A DNA stretch of 27,938 bases from Ginkgo biloba (lineage: Eukaryota > Plantae > Ginkgophyta): NCBI GenBank assembly GCA_024626585.2, contig JANKJI020000002.1, forward strand, positions 246,953,122 through 246,981,059. The letters are read 5' to 3'. A model generated the notes under the pieces. That model saw only the letters and a program-made list of their open reading frames with translations. It made no database searches and was not told where the DNA came from. The translations under genes and the position numbers were made by a program. Each line of letters opens with the position of its first letter. Position 1 is the stretch's first letter. Shown here one piece after another: positions 1-10,309 of this stretch.

Positions 1-1571
1 AAATCATCCTCAAGCAATTGAATGATATATGGGAAAAAATAGGTAGTTGGAGGTGAAGACTAAAAAGATATATAACTATTTGGGTTCTTTAGATACTGTA
101 GAGTGGACATCCAACATTCTAAAGGAACCTTATCAAGAGAAGAAGTAAATTTAAATGTTGGTCTCCATAGAGACATAAGGTGAGGATATTTTACAAGTGG
201 TGGAATAAATGATGAAAATGGTGCTCTAGAATACTAAGTCTATGCTTAGTACTTATAACATGCTAATTGAACAGGATATCAATAGAGCACTAATGGAACT
301 AACTAAATCTCAATCACACTTATCCACATGTACTAGTTAAACGTACAGGTTAACAATTTGAAATACTTTAAGGGATTTGATCCACTTCATTCCAGCCAAG
401 TTCAAACCAATAGTGATGGCACTATCCATGTCCAATCCATCTAATTGAATATGAATTTTGTGGAAAACATTTAAATCCAAGGGTCTAATAAATGTATATA
501 TATAATGAGTAATTTAATTAAGTTTAGTTATTTGATTATGTTTTGTTAATATTTGTATTAGGTAAGGAGGAATATTCTTGAATAAATATCCTGTTGTAAA
601 ATGAACTATAATTTATACTTTTCAATCTATAAATACATGTAATGGGTTGCTCACCAAGAGAGGGTGAGATATGTAGTATTATGTGTATAGGACATTGAGG
701 TAATGAATAGAGGATTGATTTTTCTCCTTGGTATATGAGTTGTTATTATGAATGTGTTATTCAATGAAGTATATGAGATTACAAATAGTAATGCATGTTG
801 ATTTATGTTGTGTTAATGTTAGAGCATAGATTATCTGTGGTATTCTTAAGGTTGGGTTACACTTAGATTTGTTAATAATGTTGGTTGGTAGAATCATTGA
901 TAAAATAGTTTATTATACATTGAAGAAATAGTAACCAAACAAACTCCAACTTAAGTTAGAAATTTTTGAATTCTATTTTGGCAAGCATGCCAAGTTAGCA
1001 AGACATTTATTGTGTTTTAAATCTTATATATATGAACATTTCTTATGAAGATGTATTTAAACTATTTTAATTTTTTTATATTAAGCACCCAACAAGTTCC
1101 AGATCATCTTGGGAATCATAGTAGGTTTGATCTTTGGGAAATTTAAAACCTTAGTTTTACAAAACTAGAGGAAAAATAAAGCAAGTTGCAAATCTCTAAA
1201 AAATACTTTCCAAGAGAAGTGGTTAATACATATAAAGTGTAAAAACCTCTCTATTACCTGAGGATTATAACTAGGCATATTAAACCTAGTTTAATGATTG
1301 GACATAATTTTAATCATATAAATATAATAGGGTAAAACCTTAAGAGGACCAAAAAGGTAGAAATAATCATAAGGGGCCTTATTCCCCATGTATCATTTAG
1401 TTCCATCATGTATTAGTAGAAGATGTCCAACATGTAAATATGCCAAGTTAATGTTGAGATTCTTGATGTTGNNNNNNNNNNNNNNNNNNNNNNNNNNNNN
1501 NNNNNNNNNNNNNNNNNNNNNNNNNNNNNNNNNNNNNNNNNNNNNNNNNNNNNNNNNNNNNNNNNNNNNNN

Positions 1572-2210
1572 AATCACCATAACCCAAATTAACTTGCATT
1601 AAGTTGGCAATATGTTTAGATTGATTCTGTTGAGACACCTTATCTTTTTCTTTAACTGACGAAATTTTCATTTTCTTCTGATGGGGCTTATCTTTTTCCT
1701 CTTTTTTCATAATTGGTTCAAGCTTGTTTTGGTGTTACTCATCTTCTTGCTCTTTTGATACTACCATTTTAGGCTTCTTCCATTCATTTTCTTGATACTA
1801 TAGTTCTTCTCTTTCCCATTATTTATTTATATTCTCACCTCCAGAGTCTTCATTTTCCATTTCTTATCATTTATTTTCCAATAACCAATTGTTATTTTAA
1901 TTGTCATGTGTGTTTTCTATTTTAATAATATATTATTCATTTTTTGTCCCAATAAAGACAAGTTTTGGGGTATTGAGACATATATTCCACATGTTTTATT
2001 CTTCTCTATATAATTCTTGTTCAAATCTTATGAAGAGGTCATGCTTTAAAAATCTTCCTTTCAACAACTTATTGCCCATTCATGTGCCAAACCTTCCATA
2101 TATTGTACAAATGTATTGGCTTGGATGATATCACATTCTAGCCCCATGTAATTACATTTTACTTTTTCTATCCATTCGTATGGGTCTACTTCTCCATTGA
2201 ACCTAAAAAT
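1572..2210 (-). mobile_element. Degenerate Gypsy gag
   Basis: Downstream of the PBS the minus strand reads FRFNGEVDPYEWIEKVKCNYMGLECDIIQANTFVQYMEGLAHEW (gag-like FxGxxDPxxW and GxAxxW motifs), followed by stops and K/E-rich low-complexity sequence. Confidence 0.7.
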
Positions 2211-2260
2211 TAGAATTTTTTCTTTTACTCACATAATTACCCTAGTTGGAATCGCAACTT

Positions 2261-2271
2261 CTCTGATACCA
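2261..2271 (-). promoter_or_regulatory. Primer-binding site (tRNA-iMet) of the Gypsy element
   Basis: CTCTGATACCA is TGGTATCAGAG on the minus strand, 2 nt after the LTR-terminal CA. Confidence 0.85.
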
Positions 2272-2273
2272 TT

Positions 2274-2684
2274 TGTTGTGACCTAAAATGGGGATCAACT
2301 AAATAATATCTAACAATTTAATAGTTTATAATAAAAATAGTATTTAGTAGTAAATATTGTTAAATGTTATAGAAATAAGGGGCCATGGGGCATCTGCCAC
2401 CACAATTGACCATTGGGAGCACCTGTAACCCAATGTGGTCTAGGTCTTCTTCTTTGAGGAGAAGGAAGTAGAAAATATACTTTATGTGATATATGATGAT
2501 TGTTAGAAATGAACCACTAGTGTCCTATATATAGGTCTCAAAAGCCAATGGAGGTGTATCTTTATTATATCCATCTCTTCATTGTACCTTTTCATCACGT
2601 GACTCTTTGTTTAATATTATTAAACTTGTAATCATTATAATATATAAATAATTATCTACTAATTAATGGAGATTAGGGTCACAA
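2274..2684 (-). mobile_element. 5' LTR (~410 bp) of a Ty3/Gypsy retrotransposon
   Basis: Terminal inverted repeat TGTTGTGACC at 2274 and GGTCACAA[ca] running into the gap at 2685. The minus strand has a TATA-like CCTATATATAGG near 2524-2535, and the LTR abuts a PBS. Confidence 0.8.
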
Positions 2685-3485
2685 NNNNNNNNNNNNNNNN
2701 NNNNNNNNNNNNNNNNNNNNNNNNNNNNNNNNNNNNNNNNNNNNNNNNNNNNNNNNNNNNNNNNNNNNNNNNNNNNNNNNNNNNNNNNNNNNNNNNNNNN
2801 NNNNNNNNNNNNNNNNNNNNNNNNNNNNNNNNNNNNNNNNNNNNNNNNNNNNNNNNNNNNNNNNNNNNNNNNNNNNNNNNNNNNNNNNNNNNNNNNNNNN
2901 NNNNNNNNNNNNNNNNNNNNNNNNNNNNNNNNNNNNNNNNNNNNNNNNNNNNNNNNNNNNNNNNNNNNNNNNNNNNNNNNNNNNNNNNNNNNNNNNNNNN
3001 NNNNNNNNNNNNNNNNNNNNNNNNNNNNNNNNNNNNNNNNNNNNNNNNNNNNNNNNNNNNNNNNNNNNNNNNNNNNNNNNNNNNNNNNNNNNNNNNNNNN
3101 NNNNNNNNNNNNNNNNNNNNNNNNNNNNNNNNNNNNNNNNNNNNNNNNNNNNNNNNNNNNNNNNNNNNNNNNNNNNNNNNNNNNNNNNNNNNNNNNNNNN
3201 NNNNNNNNNNNNNNNNNNNNNNNNNNNNNNNNNNNNNNNNNNNNNNNNNNNNNNNNNNNNNNNNNNNNNNNNNNNNNNNNNNNNNNNNNNNNNNNNNNNN
3301 NNNNNNNNNNNNNNNNNNNNNNNNNNNNNNNNNNNNNNNNNNNNNNNNNNNNNNNNNNNNNNNNNNNNNNNNNNNNNNNNNNNNNNNNNNNNNNNNNNNN
3401 NNNNNNNNNNNNNNNNNNNNNNNNNNNNNNNNNNNNNNNNNNNNNNNNNNNNNNNNNNNNNNNNNNNNNNNNNNNNNNNNNNNNN
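2685..3485. other. Assembly gap (largest of many; another large one at 15574-16101; most others are 100 N)
   Basis: N runs seen directly. Fixed 100-N gaps usually denote unknown length, so distances across them are unreliable. Confidence 0.98.
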
Positions 3486-4122
3486 GAAGTGAGAGAAAAC
3501 CATAAATGGAAGAAAAAATCTCATAATAAATAAATGACAAATATGAAATAAGATACTATATGTATAATCCTACCCAAGGCTAATCATGGTCATATCTCCT
3601 TTGCTAAGCTAAACTCCATGGAACCATGTGTTATCCCCCTCTTGTCATGACACATTACATATAGCATATGAATTAGGATTAACGATAAAGAAACCCATTT
3701 TGAGTACATAAGGAAACCATGTCTTATTTGTAACATATAGTTCAAATTGGATATGAATATTATTTATATATTCTTACCATTTTTTACCTTATTGGACTTA
3801 AGTGACTCTCTTTGTGATTTCTTAGGCTCCAATGGGCCCCACTATGATTTTTGTAACATATAGTTCAAATTTTATATGAATCTTCTTTAGATATTCTTCT
3901 CTTTTTTTAATATTTTGGACTTAAATGACTCTTTTTTATTTCTTGGCCTCCAATGGGCCTCACTATGATTTTTACATTTATATTATAATCTATTTGGATT
4001 TATAATGTATATTTTTTAAATTATGCATGAATTTCATGTCTTCTATTATGTATTTTGATTTTATATCATCTTGAGTGAATTTTTAGTAGTAGAACATGTT
4101 TGGGTCACTACAAGTGGAATCA
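3486..4122 (+). mobile_element. Probable LTR (5' end lost in gap) with degenerate PBS
   Basis: Ends GGGTCACTACA at 4112, resembling the GGTCACAACA terminus of the 2274-2684 LTR. It is followed by AG-TGGAATCA (TGGTATCA with one mismatch). Confidence 0.5.
3729..3972. repeat. Tandem duplication, 2 diverged copies of a ~123-bp unit
   Basis: TGTAACATATAGTTCAAATT starts at 3729 and at 3852; both copies continue ...TTGGACTTAA.TGACTCT...CTCCAATGGGCC.CACTATGATTTTT. Confidence 0.9.
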
Positions 4123-7100
4123 ACACTAAGTTCTATATTTTTGAGGAGGTATGAGTGAAGTCTATTCAATTTAGCACTTAAAAAGGGAAGAATTATCTAA
4201 AATAAAAGTGCACATATGGAAAAGATCAGATCGATCTATATAATTATTTAAAAAAAAATTATTTGATTTAGATTCCAAGAGCTCTCAAAAAGTGCATTTG
4301 AAGTTCGACTAAAATTCAACTATTTTTGGAGTTATTTCTCAAATGTTTCCAAAAAATTATAATTTTTAGCAAAGAATTTGGGAAAAATTAAAAAAAAAAA
4401 ATATTTGTATGGTTGGAAATCATATTTCAATACACACATTTTCAAAAATAATTTAGGTCTATTTGGGTTCAAAGCAAAGCTAGAAAGCTGAACACAAGTG
4501 TAAATATGATTTTAGAGCCATTTATGAGGAAGCTTTTGTAATTAGAGAATTTTCAATACCAAATTCATGAATTTATATAATTTTTTTGTAGATTAAGAAA
4601 TATAATACTATCCTATCCTAAATAAATATAAAGAGAATTAAAATTTTCCATTGTATGACTCATAATCACTCCCAAAAGATAGTATATATTTTAGAGCCAA
4701 ATTTAAGTTTTCTACTTATGGCAGATGAATCAAAGATAACTTCACCTATTTCTATTTAAATTATTTTTTCAATTTTTGTTATATTCATAAATTATATTCT
4801 ATTATATTAATTAAAAGTAAATTTGAACTCAATTGGATATGGGAACTNNNNNNNNNNNNNNNNNNNNNNNNNNNNNNNNNNNNNNNNNNNNNNNNNNNNN
4901 NNNNNNNNNNNNNNNNNNNNNNNNNNNNNNNNNNNNNNNNNNNNNNNATAAATGAATGTAAGGAGACAAAGTGAGATTTGAAGAGATTAAATATATTCAA
5001 ATTACAATTACATTTATCTATATTTTATAAATAATACACAAAAGTATACCTCCACATAAATAAAAATAATGGAGTACATTTATCATAAATGGGGAGGATT
5101 ATTTTTTATCATAGGTGGAATAGTATCATCATAAAAAAAAAAAAACTTATAATGTTAATAACAAAAAAGACTAAACGCAGGGAAAATTTAAAGAAAAAGG
5201 AAGGTAAGTTTTAATTTTGGATCTTTGACTCAAAACATAATACAATGGCTTTCTAGTTTATAAGTGCTTAAGAAATTAGAATGTGACAATTTGACCTAAT
5301 ACATATATATAGTGAGTTAAGAGTCTTTCTTGTTGTCATAGTCCAATAATGGTCCTAGTATCTTTAGGGAAGCTTATAGAAATCTAGTTCTATTATTATT
5401 CTATACCTTTTGGGAAATATATAAACATTATATAGTTATTATCAATTTTTTCAAAGGAAGATCATTCATATTTCATTGGATGCATAGTGTTTATTTTTTG
5501 TACTATTTGTTATTTTCATGTTTAGGAATGGAGTTGATTGCCTTCTAATTTATCTTATTTAGAGATTATGTTGCTTATAATTTTTAAAATTAGTAGTTAG
5601 TCACCTTTAGAGACAATTTTGGTGTTATTATTTACAATAATTATTTTTTACTTGTATTGCAACCATCATGTTTCAATTTCATTAGAGATATTATTTCCCA
5701 AATTACAACCATGAATGATCACATATTATACCCATAATTTCTTAAATTAAGAGCTATAGTATGGGAGGAGGTATAGTTACAACAACTATTCTTTTAGAGA
5801 GAGAAAGGATTTTGGTTTTAAGGTAAATCTCTTGGTTGTGCTCTAAATACTTCATTAAAATTGATCAATACCTGTTCTATTTGTTCCATGTTTATGACTT
5901 CATATTGGATTGATTATATTATAAATTTATATTAATCTTTATGTATAATGGAAGTTAATTTTGTATTTAGTTAGTTTGACATGGTCCATCTCCATTTCGT
6001 TTGAATTCAATATTTATATTATGATATACTTCATCATTAAAGTATTTTTTTTTTCATGNNNNNNNNNNNNNNNNNNNNNNNNNNNNNNNNNNNNNNNNNN
6101 NNNNNNNNNNNNNNNNNNNNNNNNNNNNNNNNNNNNNNNNNNNNNNNNNNNNNNNNNNATATGAGTGTGTGTATAACATGCATGCTATTAATATTGAGTA
6201 TTTTGTGGATAAAATTATAAAGGATAGCATTTACTTTCCATAATGTACACACATGAAAATCTCTATATACTATATATTTGTTTCTTATTATTTAGATTTG
6301 TTTTCTTATTGTCTTCCTCTTCATCAAATGAAAAATATATATTCTATTCAAAATAAATATAGAAGTCTATGTTTATATGCACAAAAAAATTTATGCCTTC
6401 ATTTCAATGAAAATTCCCTCTTGTAATATATTCTTCCATGATGTTGCATTATGAATCAAGGTCATTTTTTACAAACTCATCTTTGAAAAGGTTGACTTTG
6501 AGAATATGATAATATTTTTGTTAATTTATTATTCATCCTATTGAAAATTATCTTATTATTATAGTTCATTTATTTATTTTATATTGGGATTTTGTTCAGC
6601 TATAAATGATTTAAATTTTTTAAAAGGGTTATTATTGAGTAAAATTTTATTGCATTATTCTCAAACTATAAATGGATCTATTGTGGCCTCAAATTTAGTT
6701 TGATTGATGGCATAAAATTTTTTTGAGTGAAAATAAATTATTTTATTTAACCAATTACATATTAACCTATACCATTTTTCCTTGTAGACCATCACTTTAA
6801 AGAACCTATAGTTAAGCTTTAATATTTCATTTACTATTATTAATGTATTATACAAAGGTATATAGTCTAATTTATAATTGCAATTAAATGTTATAGCCTC
6901 TTACGAGGCATTATAATATATATTATGGTGAAATCAAAATTTATATGTAGAATATTGTATTATCTTTTATATTTATATAAACGTGTGGGTTTTCTATATA
7001 ATTGTTGGCTGCCACGTCATTTCCAACTTTTATTTTTTGGTAAATCAACAAATTAAATTTAAAAATATTTAATTGCAAGTGTGATTAATTTGTGAATGCT

Positions 7101-7125
7101 AATATATGTTTCCTTCTATGTATAG

Positions 7126-7197
7126 GCATATTGCAACTAATCAATTTAGCGGAGAGATACCTAAAACTCTTGTAAACTTAAAAGATCTACAAGATTT
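7126..7197 (+). CDS. LRR exon 1 (72 bp): HIATNQFSGEIPKTLVNLKDLQD
   Basis: Acceptor TATAG ends at 7125 with a GCTAAT branch-like site upstream; donor GTAAGT at 7198; 72 bp, phase 2/2. Confidence 0.92.
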
Positions 7198-7332
7198 GTA
7201 AGTTTTCATGTCTCTTTACTTTATGTTTTAAGAGTTGAAGTTTAGGTCTATAATAAAGAATACCCCTATTAAATATAGGTATGGGTTTAACAATTCTAAT
7301 AAAAAATCATTTTTCTTCTAATATTATTGCAT

Positions 7333-7404
7333 TCGAGCATCTAGTAACAACTTCACAGGTAAAATACCAAGTTTCATTGGGAGTTGGAGAAATCTTAATA
7401 CATT
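7333..7404 (+). CDS. LRR exon 2 (72 bp): RASSNNFTGKIPSFIGSWRNLNT, acceptor mutated
   Basis: Donor GTGAG at 7405. The 72-bp register puts the acceptor at TGCAT (7328-7332) instead of TGCAG. Confidence 0.88.
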
Positions 7405-7522
7405 GTGAGAGTTCTTATCTACTCTTAAAGTCTTCTTTTTTCATTGATTTATATTTATCTCTTATAATCATACAATAAAATTTAAACTTGGAGTGTTTTA
7501 CTCATGAGTTGAATTTATGCAG

Positions 7523-7594
7523 GATGCTTCAAGGAACTAATCTCCATGGTCCAATTCCTTCAATCATCTACAATTTATATAATATAAATGATTT
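7523..7594 (+). CDS. LRR exon 3 (72 bp): MLQGTNLHGPIPSIIYNLYNIND
   Basis: Acceptor TGCAG ends at 7522; donor GTAAGT at 7595; 72 bp, phase 2/2. Confidence 0.92.
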
Positions 7595-7800
7595 GTAAGT
7601 ACTAACATATTCATAACTTTCCTTTTTATATCTTATATTTTGTTCCCATCCTATCTTTGTTAACTCACATATAGGAATATAGAAATATCTTATTTAGATG
7701 CATTCTAATAAGTGAAAATTTATCGTTATATTATATTTTTGTATTTTTTATTATTAGTCTAATGAATTTATTTTTTCTAAGATAATCTTCGTTGAAACAG

Positions 7801-7872
7801 GAGAATAAGTGATTTAATCCAAGGTAGTTCGTATTTTCCACCCACATGGAACCTAACAAATGTTAAGACATT
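7801..7872 (+). CDS. LRR exon 4 (72 bp): RISDLIQGSSYFPPTWNLTNVKT
   Basis: Acceptor AACAG ends at 7800; donor GTGAGT at 7873. The atypical 'LRISDL...FP' repeat is typical of LRR-VIII-2. Confidence 0.92.
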
Positions 7873-8029
7873 GTGAGTAAAGGAATCTCCATCATTTATA
7901 TGTATTATTACTTAAAAGAAACATGATTATTTTAAAGATTATATGTTCTAGATGTTTGATATTAAATATAATTATTTTATATGGTACTAACTATGTTGTT
8001 TTATAATGTGTATTTACCATATCTGATAG

Positions 8030-8095
8030 ATTGCTAAGAAATAATATGATCTCTGGAAAAATTCCTGATGGAGAATTGAGCTTCTTAGAAATTTT
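8030..8095 (+). CDS. LRR exon 5 (66 bp): LLRNNMISGKIPDGELSFLEI
   Basis: Acceptor GATAG ends at 8029; donor GTAAG at 8096; in frame but 6 bp shorter than the other four. Confidence 0.88.
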
Positions 8096-9072
8096 GTAAG
8101 TTCAATTTTTGCGATTCTAGTACATCTATATATATAGAAGATAAATTCATGGAGAAAAGATAATATCGTATCATGGTAGAGTGGAAATATTATTATTTTT
8201 AACCATAGTAATGATAGGCACTCACTATCAATACTTCTTATGTGTGTACATCACAATGCTTATAAAATAATACATATTTGGATTACTTATTTCATGAGAG
8301 ACTTAAATACGTCATGTAAAAGTCATAATATCATAAATATATTCTCCATTGTTGACACATTAGGAACCCTCTTATAAATAGGCTAACATAAACCAGTATT
8401 CACATAAACATTTATATGAAAAAAGTAATTCAAAGGAATATCATATACTATAAAATTAAGGTAGACTTACTTAGAATATTTAATTTGTTTATAAGTAATA
8501 AATCTTAAAATTTGTATGCAAGGAATTATTTATACATAAAATATATTCTTAAATTATCAACTTAGGTTTATGTCTTTTACATAGTGAGNNNNNNNNNNNN
8601 NNNNNNNNNNNNNNNNNNNNNNNNNNNNNNNNNNNNNNNNNNNNNNNNNNNNNNNNNNNNNNNNNNNNNNNNNNNNNNNNNNNNNNNNTTAACATAATGA
8701 GGAAACTAATTTCATCTATTACCAAAGCTATCTCAAAGAACTTATACAGATGAAATAAATAATAGTATAGAAAGTAAATACAACAATTAATAAATAGATA
8801 TTAATTATTCTATAATTACAATAATAAATACAATACCAACTATGAATTTAGATTAACACTTAATTTTGGATGGATATTCTTCTATTATCGCACTTAAAAT
8901 TCATCTAAGGAACCTTATCAATTATTATTTCCAAAGGTAAAATTACATATATTTATACNNNNNNNNNNNNNNNNNNNNNNNNNNNNNNNNNNNNNNNNNN
9001 NNNNNNNNNNNATGATTATTTTATGAAGAAAATTAATTAAAGTTAACCACTTAATGTGCATGTGTATCTAGT

Positions 9073-9580
9073 TATACCGCTACTATAGATAAATTATCTT
9101 TAAATGCTTGGTGAACTAAGGCTACATTTAGTTTCAATATAGGCAGTAATTACACCATTGAGTTAATTTTAGCATATTTATGAGTAGAATTTAAGTTACA
9201 CTCAATGTGACTATAGGTAGGAATTATATCATTAACTTATATTAAATATAATTGTAGGTAGATATTCTATACAAATAGAGTTGCATTAACCTTTGTTATA
9301 GGTAGAGAATTACATATAAACTATAAATTGTAAGTGGTGTACCTGCACTTTCAGTGTAGTTGGTGGATGTTCTCTAGTATGCATACACCTTTATTGTAGA
9401 TAGAGATTTAAGTATGAAGTATAATTTTATGGAATATACCTCTACTGTAGGTAACTTAGTTACATGTAAATTAAAGGTGAGATACCTTCATTATGAATGA
9501 AGCTAACTAAAAATATACCTTTACCATAGCTGAAGGTATTTATATGACTAACTACTACTTTCATAATAACTAGAGGTAAA
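9073..9580. repeat. Degenerate interspersed motif array (consensus ~TACCTYTAYTRTAGGTAGA), likely TE subterminal repeats
   Basis: Variants at ~9075 (TACCGCTACTATAGATA), ~9210, ~9250, ~9289 (ACCTTTGTTATAGGTAGA), 9386 (CACCTTTATTGTAGATAGA), 9437 (TACCTCTACTGTAGGTAA) and 9516. Confidence 0.5.
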
Positions 9581-10309
9581 AGACATTATTATTAACATTC
9601 AAATTGTAAATACAATTAACTTTTTCTTAAAGAGATAAATTCAATGATTTAATCATAAAATATCAATTTCATCATATTAACTATACATTCAAAATATTTG
9701 ACATAAGTTATGGAGCAAAGAATCTAAAAAATAAAGTAAATATTGAAATAGGAAATGTATCATCATTTCTCCCTTGTCAAACTTTATAGTACCTATTATA
9801 AATCATAATTTTTGGTTTTCTTCTAATGTTTCTCATTATCTTGATGTTGGTACTGCTAAGGGACTAAATTCTATCATCATCTCCATAAGCTCTTGATAGT
9901 CTACTTCCTTCTTTTCTATGGAATCCTTATCAACTCTCTTTTAATTATAGAAAATGACCCTAAGATCATTATATATCCAATGCTCTACTCATTCATATAT
10001 TATATAGGTGATGATCATTCTCTCTACAGGTTTTTTTATTTAACTCTATTCCTTATACTATTGAATATAAATGGAATTATGAGGGGAAAATTTTGGTAAT
10101 CCATACCAATCCACCTACTCCTCATTTCTTCTATGTACTAGAACATGTGGCCTGCTCTATAGTTATAAGGTAATAGGTATGACCATTTTATGTTTCTTTC
10201 TCTTACGAGTTTGGAGGATGGTATATTACATTTTATGTCATTACTTTATAGGTATTCAATATTACAATTACTAATGATATTCTTCATNNNNNNNNNNNNN
10301 NNNNNNNTG

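Larger units (their letters stand above)
7126..8095 (+). pseudogene. Five-exon fragment of an LRR receptor-like kinase ectodomain (LRR-VIII-2 / LRR-malectin RLK-like); functional status uncertain
   Basis: Manual splicing of 7126-7197, 7333-7404, 7523-7594, 7801-7872 and 8030-8095 gives a stop-free frame: HIATNQFSGEIPKTLVNLKDLQDF-RASSNNFTGKIPSFIGSWRNLNTL-MLQGTNLHGPIPSIIYNLYNINDL-RISDLIQGSSYFPPTWNLTNVKTL-LLRNNMISGKIPDGELSFLEI(L). It fits the plant LRR consensus LxxLxLxxNxLxGxIP with one LRR per exon. The 'NNFTGKIPxFIGxW...LRISDL...FP' series is characteristic of LRR-VIII-2 (recognised from family knowledge, no search run). One acceptor is non-canonical, and no start, malectin, TM or kinase exons are visible. 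Confidence 0.85.

Noticed and set aside
493-861. Possible solo LTR (CTATAAATA box, ends GGGTTACA)
   Set aside because: No matching 5' inverted terminus, TSD or PBS could be verified; plausible but unsupported.
2659-3540. Long ORFs in the track (also 15563-16204 and other X-containing ORFs)
   Set aside because: They are open only because they run through N gaps.
7011-7020. GCCACGTCAT (bZIP G/C-box hybrid) as a promoter of the LRR gene
   Set aside because: It lies upstream of an internal exon rather than a first exon, and a single motif is not evidence of regulation.
7281-7478. 65-aa ORF overlapping LRR exon 2
   Set aside because: Wrong frame; the real coding signal is the spliced LRR frame.
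9073-9580. CRISPR-like repeat-spacer interpretation of the motif arrays (also 17.3-17.5 kb and 25.4-25.6 kb)
   Set aside because: The repeats are short, divergent and irregularly spaced, there are no cas genes, and the context is eukaryotic with spliceosomal introns.
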